DNA of 63,405 nucleotides, filler included, from Octopus bimaculoides (taxonomy: Eukaryota), in assembly GCF_001194135.2 (NCBI RefSeq). It is 8 parts of 8 records of this genome, joined end to end, with 100 filler letters (N's around TTAATTAATTAA, not from the genome) between each part and the next. Parts side by side here need not be neighbours in the genome. Positions count along the whole stretch, not along the records: positions 1 to 6,877 come from NW_026398154.1; positions 6,978 to 23,728 come from NC_068986.1; 6 more parts are not named here. One strand, written 5' to 3'. The notes under the pieces are model-generated. The model ran no database searches and had not been told where the DNA came from. It saw only the letters and a list, made by a program, of their open reading frames with translations. Of the stretch, positions 1 to 12,110 are shown piece by piece (position 1 is the first letter of the stretch; the number at the start of each line of letters is the position of its first letter). The position numbers and the translations under genes were made by a program.

Positions 1-1001
1 CAGCCAATGGAGAACTATCTAGGGAAACGCAAATATTGAGCAGTGTTCCATAAAGAACTGTCCTGGGACCACTACTGTTCATAGTAGCCCTTCTGGACAT
101 GCCCACGGTCACTCAGACAGCCATTGTCACTAGCTGTGCTGATGACCCAAAACTATCTCAGGCAATAAAGAATCCTGATGATGTCATAAGCCTGCAGAAT
201 AACCTAAATGCAATATACAAGTGGGCAGAGCAAAATAATATGCAGTTCAATGCTAAAAAATTTCAAGTACTGTGCTACAAGGCCACAGGTGTCCCCCAAC
301 TAGCATACACAGAACCTGGAGGTACTGCAATCTCAGAACCACAAACAGTGAGAGACCTGGGCATCAGCATGTGAAGTGATGCATCATGCAGACAACTGGC
401 AAGGCAGATACTAAGGATATTCAGAACAAGGGATCAAAAAGTCATGTTGACTCTATGGAAGACATTTGTTTTGAACCACCTAGACTATTGCTCTCAGTTG
501 TGGTCACCACACAGTGTCAAGCGGACAGCAGAACTCGAGGCAATTTAGCATCACTATGCAAAAAAGATCGCCACAGTCCAGCAGATGAACTACAGGGAGC
601 GACTGAAGGCACTAAGTCTCTACTCCCTGGAGTGCAGGCAGGAGAGATATGCAATAATTTACATATGGAAAATAATGGAAGGACTGGTACCAAACTTTGG
701 CATCAATTACTACACGAATGCCTGCACAGGTCGCCACTGCATAGTACCAAGGGTACCATCCACTGCATCTCATATAAGAACAAGGTACTGCAACAGCCTC
801 GGTTTCCGAGGACCTCAGCTCTTTAATGCCCTGCCAAAACATTTGAGAGACCTGCAAGACATGGATATAGAGGTTTTCAAAACAAAACTTGACACTTTCC
901 TATCCACAATACCAGACGAACCGATGGCTCGAAATGAGATACAGTTGAGGGCAGCGATGTCAAATTCTCTTATACACCAGATGTGCCATCGAAAGTCTTG
1001 A
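1..1001 (+). mobile_element. Decayed CR1/Jockey-group LINE, RT domain through the 3' end of ORF2
   Basis: Frame 3 reads SSVP*RTVLGPLLFI (consensus SGVPQGTVLGPLLF), then CADDPKL (RT motif ADD) and LQNNLNAIYKWAEQNNMQFN. After frameshifts it reads YRERLKALSLYSLECRQERY and GPQLFNALPK...FKTKLDTFL. In-frame stop and frameshifts show it is inactive. Confidence 0.9.
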
Positions 1002-1188
1002 TGAGACTACATCAGGTGGCGGAGAAGAACCATGCAAGGAATGTGCAGAGAGCACAGTATAAGGAGGGAAAGTCATGGTGGTGCTCCAGCACGACCGCAG
1101 CCACTTGGCTGAAATGCATAAATAAATAGATACAAAATATATAATATATATACATATATAATATATATAGAATATATATAATATATAT

Positions 1189-1429
1189 ACATGGCCACTT
1201 ATGAAAGTACAATTTATCACCACATGCTTTCTTTGAGGATAACTCTGGCTTGCGTCGCTGACTTAAATGTAATATATCAAGCTTTAATGTAACACCATTA
1301 TGAAATAACAAGTACTACATTTTAATATTGACTGGATGTCAATATTATGTATTGTGCTTCAATATCCTCCTAAAGGACCTGAGAGTCCTGCATGGGGTGC
1401 ATATAGATGTCTTAAAAATAAATATATAT

Positions 1430-1488
<59 letters not shown>

Positions 1489-1967
1489 TATACAATTTTT
1501 TATTTTTTTATTCCAGTTTCAGCACACAAGCTGCTGCCATGCTGGGGCACCGCCATTTGGTGTTGCTACATAATTCTACTTCATGAATGCTTTTTAGGAA
1601 TTGACATTTGGTGCATGAGGGAGTTTGATGCCGCAGCCTTCATCTGCAGCTCCTGTCACGAAGCTGGTTCATCTGGGACACTTGAAAGTAAAAGGTCCAG
1701 CTTTATTTTCAAGACATCTATATGCATCCCATGCAGGACTCCCAGGTCCTTTAGGAGGATATTGAAGCACAATACATAATGTTGACATCCAGTCAATATA
1801 AAGACGTAGTACTTGTTATTTCATAATGGTGTACTATAATATATTCATAAAATGCTTAATATATTACATTAAAGCTTGATATATTACATTTAAGTCAGCG
1901 ACACAATCCAGAGTTATCCTCAATGAAAGCATGTGGTGATAAATTGTACTTTCATAAGTGGCCATGT
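1189..1967. repeat. Long inverted duplication, arms 1189-1422 and 1702-1967
   Basis: The reverse complement of 1702-1967 matches 1189-1422 nearly base for base (acatggccacttatgaaagtac...gatgtcttaaaaataaa). The right arm has a ~30-bp extra segment. Confidence 0.95.
1588..1775 (-). mobile_element. 5'-truncated 3' end of a LINE related to the element at 1-1001
   Basis: Minus strand reads FNILLKDLGVLHGMHIDVLKIKLDLLLSSVPDEPAS*QELQMKAAASNSLMHQMS. This aligns with FNALPKHLRDLQDMDIEVFKTKLDTFLSTIPDEP...RAAMSNSLIHQMC at 830-985. Confidence 0.85.
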
Positions 1968-2129
1968 GTGGGAGGAAATCGAGTTTTCTTTAAAGCAAAA
2001 CTTCCTACAAGAACAATGATTGGAATTTTTACCTCTTGGGAATAAGTATCCTATTTATTTTGTTTATTTTGTTTTATCTTTGGTAATACAAGATGAAAAT
2101 TTGAGTTAAGACGTATTGTTTGTTTACAT

Positions 2130-3068
2130 TCTATTTGTATGTAAACAGTGTGGGCAGGAGCAGTGGAACAAGCCAAGCTGAGAGGTGGGGTTAAGGAAGA
2201 AACTGTGAACCAGGAGATCACACAGATTATGGGCTCATTTGAAGGAGGGAAGAGGTAGGTTGGGGAAGATGTGTGAGGTGGAGGGGGTCGAAATGGAGTT
2301 GCTGGAAGGCTCAGAGAATGGTGCGTTGGCGGGGTGGTGGGTGAGGAGAAATGGGAGACGGGCAACGGCAGGGCAGGTTCGAAGAGAAAGAGCAGAGGCA
2401 CAATCCACAGATCGTGCCCTGGGAAGGGGAGTGTAGATAGTAGTGAGGGAATATCCATGTAGGATGAAGTGGTGAGCCATGAGTTGAGACTGAGTCTCAA
2501 AGTCATGATTGTTACTGCAGAGCCTGCACAGATGGAGGAATTAGGAGTAGGGGATGGAGAATTTGGTGTGGGTAGGGTGAGAGAAGGAGAAGTTAAGGTA
2601 GGAGTGTGAGTCAGTGTGTTTGTAGTGAGAGCAGAGTGGTGTATTCTGACGGAAATGTCGAGAAATTCGATGGAAAAGTTAGAGATAGTGCAGGAGAATT
2701 CAAGGAGAGGATGGAAGGATTGGACAAAAAGAGGAAGGAGTCTAGTTGTGCATGAGAGAGTGAGAAAGCAATGATACAGTCAGTGATATAACAACTGTAT
2801 AATTCGGGAGTGGGACCAGTGAATTGTGAGAATATTTGGGCCTCAACGTAGCCAATGAACAGGTTCACATAGTTAGGGCCCATTCTCATTCCCATGGCCA
2901 CTTCCAAGAGTGCTGGTAAAAATCACCCACAAACGAGACACAATTGAGGGAAAGAACAAGTTCAGCCAGATGAAGAAGTGTGGAGGTGTCAGGTCAAAGG
3001 TCCAGAAAGTGTTTCAGCACAAGAAGTCCTTCATTGTGTGGGATCACCATATATAAACTCTTGATATA
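2130..3068 (-). mobile_element. Penelope-like element (PLE) RT fragment, decayed, ending at the start of the GIY-YIG region
   Basis: Ordered minus-strand motifs across frameshifts: IKSLYMVIPHNEGLL; LAELVLSLN; VAMGMRMGPNYVNLFIGYVE; YITDCI (YIDD motif); HSYLNF..HPTHTKFSIP; FILHGYS (RGYP motif); RAHNLCDLLVHS; GLFHCSCPHC. Confidence 0.85.
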
Positions 3069-3949
3069 TATATATATACATACATACACACACTCATATG
3101 ATACATTATGCCATACAAATGAGAGAAGAGAGCCAAATACATGTGAAGATATGGTTTGCTCTATAATGAATATGGGTTATCAAAACATCTGAGCAATATT
3201 GTGTAAAACGTTCAATACCATCTAAAGAAGGTTGTGCTAAACAAAAAGCTTATATTTCACAACAGATACTTCTATTTTTGAGTAAATCAAAATGCAAGAT
3301 ATTGTATCTAAGCTGTTTGAAAGACACTAATGTCAATACATTCTGAATCAATTTGAATGGTTTAGATTAAGTAATGTAGTTGAAATTCTATTGTATTATA
3401 AAGGGGATAACTGATTAAATGATGGCAAATGTATTAACTTAAGGTTTACTCTTGAGTGAGAGCTTGTAATCAGCTGGCAAATAGCAAAGAGAAAATTAAC
3501 TGAACTGGTAACTAGAAATGCTCTGACTGTTAATAAGAAAACATCCAGTTCTTGCGTAAAGGCTCACCAAAACAACAAAACCTTGATTTATCAAAATACC
3601 AAACAAGTTGAATAAAATTATAGACAAAAATTTCTAGTATGTTATTTACTGGCATTTTTAGCCCACTATTATTATCAGTAGCTCTTGCCTAACACCTACA
3701 ACATCTATCAATAAAGATTATGATCATATCTTCTAATAGAGATTTAACGATCTAGCTACAATGAAGCAAATCATTTTCACCAAGGAATCTGCCTTAAGCA
3801 AGAAAATATATCCACTTGGTGACCTAATCTGATTTAGCAACTATAACTTTCTTAGTGAAGCTGCACTTAGGAAGAGATCAAACTGGTATATTAATCCACT
3901 TACATAAAATTATTTTTTACTTTTATAACAGAACAAATCCAGTACTTGC

Positions 3950-4465
3950 CAATATTGTGTCTTCTCAAAACTGTGACAAATTCATCTGTATTAAATTCAC
4001 CATTCTGTTCCATAGTCCAAATATGAAGTTCAGCGTCCCCATGTGGAAAAGTACATGGTGTATTTAAACATGCTTTATTCTTCTTAAAATCATAACATAT
4101 GTTATAATTTAGAAAGCTGTTTTTAATACGAGTAGGTCGTCTTCTTATTTCTGTCCAAAACTGGCCTCCAATTTTCTTTACAACAAGCTTACTTTTGTTA
4201 CAATCTATACATGGTTGTTTTAACTGGCATCTTTCTGGGCCTTCAGAAATCTTTCTAAAACAAGTTTCACATGCCAAAGAAAATGTATGAGTATCCTTTA
4301 ATGGAAAGTGTATATTAACTAAATCTCTGGCAATGTTTGCATCTTCCATTGTGGTCTTTTTGGCATTTTTTCTCTTTTTTTTCTTTTTTTCCTTCTTTGG
4401 AGCAGCCAAACAATCAGTGGATTTGCTTATACTATCATCCTGTTCCTTTAACTTTTGAAGGCTGC
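3950..4465 (-). CDS. Internal coding exon (516 nt, phase 1-1) encoding a ZC3H7-type CCCH zinc-finger module. Could be a ZC3H7-like protein or a HELZ2-like helicase.
   Basis: Open frame SLQKLKEQ...PLKDTHTFSLACETC...WTEIRRRP...CYDFKKNKACLNTPCTFPH...ELHIWTMEQNG. It contains C-x8-C-x4-C-x3-H and the PL..TH.F..AC..C / W..IR.RP / E...WT.E..G pattern of ZC3H7 repeats. Acceptor is tttatag at 4466-4472; candidate donor is G|gcaagt at 3950/3949. Confidence 0.8.
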
Positions 4466-6524
4466 CTATAAATATTCAAAACAAAATAAAAAGAAACTTT
4501 AAAGAAAATGATACAAGAATAATAAAAGAAAGAAGAAAAAAATCCAGAAGCTCCTAATTTGACTGCATCATTTAGGGTGAGTACCAACTGGGATTTATCT
4601 CTGACCTATCAACCCTGCTGCACATTAGTAATGTTAAATCTTTAGTAATGTTTCCCATATTCTACCTTCTGTACATTAATAAAATACTGTTCCTTATAAA
4701 ACACTCTTATACATTCCTCTGCACAATAGCATTATGTACATTTAATCTAAATACTGTTTAGCAAGATGTACAGTACCTTCATTACAAAAACTTTAAGAAC
4801 ATTCTTAAACATTCAATGGGACCTTTTAAACAAACTGTCATTTAACAGTACAAAAAGAAATCTCTACACATATCAAGTAAACAATCCCACACTTCACACT
4901 CTCTCATGGAGAATACACACAATTAAAATCTTTAAATATAATACTAGGTCTCATAATCTTTGATGATCTCTCATGATGATCAATATCACCAAAAATGTAT
5001 CATGAATATTAGGATTTCCCTTTCAGGCAAGGGAAATATTTTAGTTGTGATCAGCAAGACCCACATTAGTAAATATCTCACAGACACAGGACAATATTTC
5101 TGTACACTACTATCCTACACCACATCCAAAAGATGATAAAGATCCAGTCAACAGCACACTACAATCACAGACACACAAAGACCTCTCTTTTTCCTTTTCT
5201 ATCATGCTGAACAACTTTTGTTCTTCTAAACTTAAATATACCATGCTTTAAAATGATCTGGAACCAGTGCACACTCTGTTACAATGTAAAGCATAGTACG
5301 TCAGTGAAAGAATTTTGCAACTGATTGGTTTTCCAATTCATTTGTATAGGATTGATGTAGAGGTGGTGGTTGAAGTTGGAGTCAATCAGTAAATGAAATT
5401 TTTTGAGAGGGTCTGAAATTGAGGATGAAAGCAGTAGTAGTGTCAATAACTGATATTCAAATCTTGACTTTACTTTTCATCCTTCCCCTTCAAAGGCCAA
5501 TAAAATAAGCACTAGTTGAGTTCTAGAATTGATCTCAGCAACTACATCATTCCCCTAAATTGAAGGCCTTGTAATTATATGAAAAAAATAATTGCGATTA
5601 GCTCTTCATTTTAACAGAGCATGATAGTCTTTGATGTTCTTTCCTTTCCTGTTCTTTTTACATCTTAAGTATGCTGAAGTGTAACAACAATGCTCTTTAG
5701 CTCTTTTTATGTGATTTAATAAGTTGATCCAGTTAAAATCTTTAGAGTGTTAAATATTAATATTTTAAAAAGATAAACAAATTTCAATTAAATTATTAGA
5801 CCTAGGGAAAGTTGAAAGCATCAGTTTTACAAAAGTTTCCCTACAAAATTTCATGCTTCATACCTGCACAAGCATATGAGGCAATGAGTGATCCATAAGT
5901 GCTGGAAAGAGAAGCTAAATCACTTCCAAATCACATCTTACTACTTTAAAGAAGGATACTTTGAATAAAATAGTTTGGGGTATACTATACAAAAAATGGT
6001 ATGGCCATAGCTGGAATACCTTTGACCAGAAGTTTTCTTGACCAAGGATGATCTGAAGCTAAACAATAAATTTGTTAATATTTGTGATAGTCAAAGTGAA
6101 TAAAATATCTCACCATTACTGCTAAAGAGTCTTGTGTTTTTCTGAAATGAGAAAAAAAGTTCATTTCTTTTTATTTTGTGAATTTAACACTATTATTTTC
6201 TCATAAAATAAAATGTGAACCCCCCCCCCCCCGAAAAAAAAAACCATATGGTGGTGCTCCAGCATGGCCATAACTCATGAGCTGAAACTAGTTCAATTCA
6301 ATTCAATGTGTTATCAGAATCCCAATTCAGCTCTGCTCAAGGTGATCTAAAGTATTAATTCTTATATTCCCTCTTCAATTTCCTTAACTAAAATAACAGA
6401 ATGAACTATTTCTTCACTTGTGCCTGAAACTAGATTTTAAGACACTCACATGTAAAAACTTATGCATAAACACTGCCTGGTGCTTCACGCCATACTGTAT
6501 ATATATGATAATGTATATTATTAT

Positions 6525-6877
6525 CATCATCATCATCATCATCGTTTAACATCCGCTTTCCATGCTAGCATGGGTTGGACGATGTGACTGAGGACTGGTG
6601 AAACCGGATGGCAACACCAGGCTCCAATCTAATTTGGCAGAGTTTCTACAGCTGGATGCCCTTCCTAACGCCAACCACTCAGAGAGTGTAGTGGGTGCTT
6701 TTACATGTCACCCGCACGAAAACGGCCACGCTCGAAATGGTGTCTTTTATGTGCCACCCGCACAAGAGCCAGTCCAGGGGCACTGGCAACGATCTTGCTT
6801 GAAAACCCTACAAAGTCCAGTCAGGCGGTACTGGCAACGGTCACGCTCAAGACGGTACATCTTATGTGCCACCCGCA
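6525..6877 (-). mobile_element. Interspersed SINE-like repeat with (CAT)n tail and internal subrepeats
   Basis: (cat)n at 6525-6543 joins gtttaacatccgctttccatgctagcatggg and ggatgcccttcctaacgccaacc, an RTE-associated motif (from recall). The subrepeat tgtg/tcacccgca occurs three times. Cut off by a linker. Confidence 0.5.
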
Positions 6878-6977
6878 NNNNNNNNNNNNNNNNNNNNNNN
6901 NNNNNNNNNNNNNNNNNNNNNTTAATTAATTAANNNNNNNNNNNNNNNNNNNNNNNNNNNNNNNNNNNNNNNNNNNN
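6878..6977. other. Artificial scaffolding linker (44 N + TTAATTAATTAA + 44 N)
   Basis: The same 12-mer, palindromic with stops in all six frames, sits inside N runs at 6922, 23773, 35420, 39865, 54957, 60764 and 62218. Confidence 0.97.
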
Positions 6978-7075
6978 ATAAAACATCATTTTATGTTTAT
7001 TATAACTTGTAAAAGTTTATACTTTTTATTAATTGCCATTCTTATATTTCAGGTTCTATATGTGACTGTTTAATC

Positions 7076-7472
7076 ATGCCATGTACAAAAGAAGCTTTGG
7101 AACTGTCTGCATTTCAAAGAGGCCGTATTGAGGGTCATTCTGAAGCTGGACAGTCAGCATAAAATCGCAGAAAACCTTGGGATCCCGCTTTCTACAGTTA
7201 ATAGAGTGATTGTGCAATTCACCAGAGAGGGGAAGGAGTCCACATCACCTCACTCAGATCGACCAGGGCCTTCTGAAAGGACCCTTCTCTTTGTTGAGAG
7301 AAGTGTGGAGGATAATCCTCGTTATATGGCCTCTGATGTAGCAGAACAAATTGATGTCAGTCTCAGAACAGCTGTCAGGTATCTCTACAAACTTTGTTAC
7401 TATGGCAGAGCAGCAAGAAAGAAGCCACTTCTTCGACCAGCGAACATCAAGCGGAAGAAATATTGGGCGTAG
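7076..7472 (+). mobile_element. Tc1-family transposase N-terminal (HTH) fragment, frameshifted, DDE domain missing
   Basis: [20 protein letters not shown], a frameshift, then [16 protein letters not shown]...DRPG...VEDNPR...[10 protein letters not shown]...[22 protein letters not shown]. This is the typical Tc1 paired-like HTH with the GR.ARKKPLL motif. Confidence 0.9.
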
Positions 7473-7953
7473 TGGTATTTTCCTTCATTTATACTGTCCA
7501 TATTCGTAATCAACATCACTACACCCATTGAAATTTTGATAGGTGACACCTGGAAGCTCTGGTATCGCAGTGGACGAAGGCGAAACCACCCAAAACAAGT
7601 GACTTCGCTGTCTGTCTAGACATTGAATCCGGCATTTGAAGACGGCAAATAGCTTCACTTGCAGCGTTTAACCTAAAGGGATATATTAGTGTCTGTACAT
7701 ATGTAGGAATGCATATAAATGTATATAAGAACTGGCTCTGTAGTTTTATATATCTTTTCTCTCCAGTCTCTTCTTTGTCATCTAATTACGAAAGCAAAAT
7801 ATGTTATTCCCAATTTTTACAAACCACTATATTACACATGTGAAACGATACCACATTTAAATTTAAACTGGAAAACGCACCCCGTAGTGGTATTTCCCTT
7901 CATTTATATTGTCCATGTTTATTATCAGCATCACTACTCCCATTGAAATTTTG
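7468..7953. repeat. Imperfect 71-bp direct repeat (7468-7538 and 7883-7953)
   Basis: Both copies read cgtagtggtatttY ccttcatttataYtgtccat...catcactacWcccattgaaattttg. Confidence 0.9.
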
Positions 7954-8282
7954 TTTCTATACTGATTATCTCCAAGTCTAGCCAACTGAAGTAAATATGT
8001 ACCGCTGATAAGATCTGACTATAGCGAAACATGGTCTGTGTATTTATCAGTAGTCTTCTCTTATCTGCATCGATCGTCTCTCATCCGCATTGGCTATATT
8101 GAACATATATATGGTTTGGATGATATCATTGAAATTAGCTTCTTGCATGTTGAATTTTTTCAGTTGTAAATAAACCTAGCTTTTCTCTCTCTCTCTCTCG
8201 CTTTCTCTGCACATTCTGTATATGTATGCATGTATGTATTTAAAAGAATAAAAGAATAAAAAATAAAAGACTATATATATAC

Positions 8283-8327
<45 letters not shown>

Positions 8328-8520
8328 GTAACATATAATACATACATACATATATACATGTATGTATATATATGTATATATGCATATATATGCACATATA
8401 TATCAATATATATATATCTACATACATACTTATTTGTATGTGTGTGTACAGACAGAAGATACATTGATATAAAGATAGATAGATATATGAAAGAGTTTGT
8501 GCTTTGGCTTTGCTTGAATG

Positions 8521-8710
8521 TGTATATATGTGTACGGTGGGAGTACGTTTATATAAGAGAATGCTGTTGAATAGAACTTGAACTGGGAGTGGTTCCACCG
8601 CAAGGAACGAATGTGTGGAGCCAAGAGTGAGAGTCTATTGCGAGGAAGATAGCTATGTCTCCTTTTACGTTTTAATAAATCCTCACACGATCATAATAAA
8701 GCACTGCAAC
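8521..8710 (+). mobile_element. Possible solo-LTR remnant
   Basis: TATATAAG, two AATAAA motifs and a ...gcaaca end. No TSD or internal domain seen. Confidence 0.25.
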
Positions 8711-9068
8711 AGGGTATATGTGTAAGCATAATTATGTACGTATGTAGGTATATTCACCCATATATGCATATACGCATATATTTATAAATATGTATACATA
8801 CATGCATGCATGCATACATACATACATGTATANNNNNNNNNNNNNNNNNNNNNNNNNNNNNNNNNNNNNNNNNNNNNNNNNNNNNNNNNNNNNNNNNNNN
8901 NNNNNNNNNNNNNNNNNNNNNNNNNNNNNNNNNNNNNNNNNNNNNNNNNNNNNNNNNNNNNNNNNNNNNNNNNNNNNNNNNNNNNNNNNNNNNNNNNNNN
9001 NNNNNNNNNNNNNNNNNNNNNNNNNNNNNNNNNNNNNNNNNNNNNNNNNNNNNNNNNNNNNNNNNNNN

Positions 9069-9115
<47 letters not shown>

Positions 9116-9633
9116 CATAACATATATGCGCGTGTGTGTATGTGTGTTTGTGTGTATTCGCTTATATGTGAATACACATACACACACATGAACACACTCA
9201 TGTATATATATATATACGTACGTACATATATATATATATACTTAGCAGACAGACTAAATTCATTAGAGTCTGACATTAATATGATCAGCGAAGCGTTTGG
9301 TCTTCGATTCATTGCTGATTATTGAAATCAGGACAAACAGACAAAGATACAGGCACACACGTACACACACGCAGAGATATGCATACATGTTTATACGCAT
9401 ACACCAACACACATATGCACCAATACACAAAAGTGTTTACACATTTCCACCGCTCCATAGATTTATATACATATTTTACAGCGTCAGTATGTGTATATAT
9501 ACACGTATATGCATGCATATGTATGTGTGCATGTGTATAACTATGTATATATACGTACAATGTGGTACTTCTGTACAATATGTCACGCATATATATGCAT
9601 ATATATGTACTGTATTACTAAACCGGTACTAAA

Positions 9634-9680
<47 letters not shown>

Positions 9681-9910
9681 TATATATATATGTATACACT
9701 CACACACACACAAACAATTTTATTACATTGGTACTTAATACTAGAAAATATTTAATGCAATGTTGTCAAGTATAATGATAATTATTCACAACTAGTATAG
9801 TCCGAGTTGCTGTACGGAATTTCTCATTGTTGAGGACCCTCCTGAAGATCGTAATTGAAAATCGTTGAGTTACATCTCACAGAGACACAGCTCTGCATTC
9901 CTATACACAC

Positions 9911-9948
<38 letters not shown>

Positions 9949-10194
9949 ACACACATTTATAAACATGAACATATGTAGAAACACATACATACATACGTAC
10001 GCACATACCTACATGCATACATACATACATACGTACTTACATAAATACATACATACATATATGCATAATACATACATAAGCAGTTGATTGGCAGACTATT
10101 GGTTGGAATGTTTTGCGCGTTTCTTGTTCACTCACACAAATCCTCCCGAAGAGGTCAACGTTGTCTTCTATCTTCTCCCTATTAAAAAAAAAGT

Positions 10195-10433
10195 TACCTT
10201 CTCGAGTCACATCGACTCATAAAGGGCCGGTTTTTAGGTTTCATAGCGTATATATCCCCGACTTGGACGGGATGCCAGTCAGTCGCAGGATTACTTATTT
10301 TTGCAAGCTGATTGCGCTGGAGCAACGTGAAACGAAGTGTTTTTCTCAAGGACACAATGCGTCGCTCGGTCCAGGAATCGAAACTGCAATCTTACGATCA
10401 TGAATCCCACACGCCAACCACTAAGCTACGGGC
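10195..10433 (-). mobile_element. tRNA-derived CORE-type SINE
   Basis: Minus strand has A-box tagcttagtgg, B-box gtttcgattcc and CORE-like ttgtgtccttgagaaaaacact. Same family as 43934-44160. Confidence 0.75.
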
Positions 10434-10514
10434 CAATATCTTCTCAAAGCGCCGTGTGTCACCAAAGCACCAGCAACCACATGGAAATTTGAGCGCAAGA
10501 CTACTGCACGTATA

Positions 10515-10762
10515 CAGAGTTGTGCAAAAGTAGGTATACAGTTATGAAAAAAGAAAACACGTACAATACTCATTTATTTTTATAGAAACATATTAAAAGT
10601 TACGATGAAAGTATTATTATAGTTATGATAAATGTATTAGTATGATTAATGACACTGAAAATATCAAAAATGAGACTAATTTAATGTGCTAATATTTTTA
10701 ACGAATTAAATATTATAACATTATTGTGATACTTACTGTATACCTACTTTTGCATCCTCCCT
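10515..10762. mobile_element. Tc1/mariner-type MITE (~250 bp)
   Basis: Perfect 20-bp inverted repeat tgcaaaagtaggtatacagt (10523-10542) / actgtatacctacttttgca (10735-10754), with TA flanks and an AT-rich interior. Confidence 0.8.
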
Positions 10763-11195
10763 ATATATGCAGCTTTCGGCTTTATTCGCAACGAAACCTT
10801 TTTTTGTTTTTAATCTACTATTCCACATTCTATCAATTGATACCATTATCAGCTTCAAGTTCTATCGTCAAAAACCATTTATCTTATATCTCACGTAGTT
10901 TCTAAATTCTGATGCTGTAAATAACATAAATTTCCTGTTGGTATAAATATAACTCCAACATTGGATGAAGAAAATTCGAAGGGTTACTTTGGTGTAATAC
11001 TAAGAACTCCTTCATGTTTACAGTCGATGTGGTTTCGTATCTCACGGGTAACCTGCTACTTCTTTTTTTTCCATCTTAGGGTTTCTTAATCCAATACTTT
11101 TGACGTTCATATGTATATCTTTATCTGCTTCGTATCCCACCATTAAGGCAATTTATTACACACACACATGTATATGTGTATGAGTGTATATATAC

Positions 11196-11240
<45 letters not shown>

Positions 11241-11564
11241 NNNNNNNNNNNNNNNNNNNNNNNNNNNNNNNNNNNNNNNNNNNNNNNNNNNNNNNNNNNN
11301 NNNNNNNNNNNNNNNNNNNNNNNNNNNNNNNNNNNNNNNNNNNNNNNNNNNNNNNNNNNNNNNNNNNNNNNNNNNNNNNNNNNNNNNNNNNNNNNNNNNN
11401 NNNNNNNNNNNNNNNNNNNNNNNNNNNNNNNNNNNNNNNNNNNNNNNNNNNNNNNNNNNNNNNNNNNNNNNNNNNNNNNNNNNNNNNNNNNNNNNNNNNN
11501 NNNNNNNNNNNNNNNNNNNNNNNNNNNNNNNNNNNNNNNNNNNNNNNNNNNNNNNNNNNNNNNN

Positions 11565-11596
<32 letters not shown>

Positions 11597-12044
11597 TACT
11601 ATCACTAGCTTCATAATTAACCCTAACCCCGAAATCTATCTTCCCCTCCCCGTACTCTCTACCTAAATACTCAAGCTCCTTTTCCTAATACATTTAGTAC
11701 TCCACAAAATCATTCCATCTTTAAGTTCCATTCTGTCAACACGTTAAATGTAAAATTCTTCCCTGAAGATAGAGGCTGGTAGTATCTGATGATGGAATCA
11801 AGTTACAATCATTATTTTGGACCACCAAACCCTCAAAAACCCCTCACTCAATCCCTTTGATACCTGATATCATTTATATTCTGTGTAATTCGGATATTTT
11901 TTATGCATACATATGCACATTTTTGTATTAAATGTATCTAATATTTTTGTATATCGACTTGCCTAACTTGCTTGTCCTTACATTTACTCCTATATAGATC
12001 TTATGTATGTATGTATGTATNNNNNNNNNNCATGTGTACTCGTG

Positions 12045-12110
<66 letters not shown>

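Noticed and set aside
386-826. 146-aa ORF overlapping the LINE
   Set aside because: It is an off-frame reading of LINE ORF2.
5866-5905. Small AG...GT-bounded pseudo-exon upstream of the zinc-finger exon
   Set aside because: It lies within repeat-like sequence and gives no meaningful peptide.
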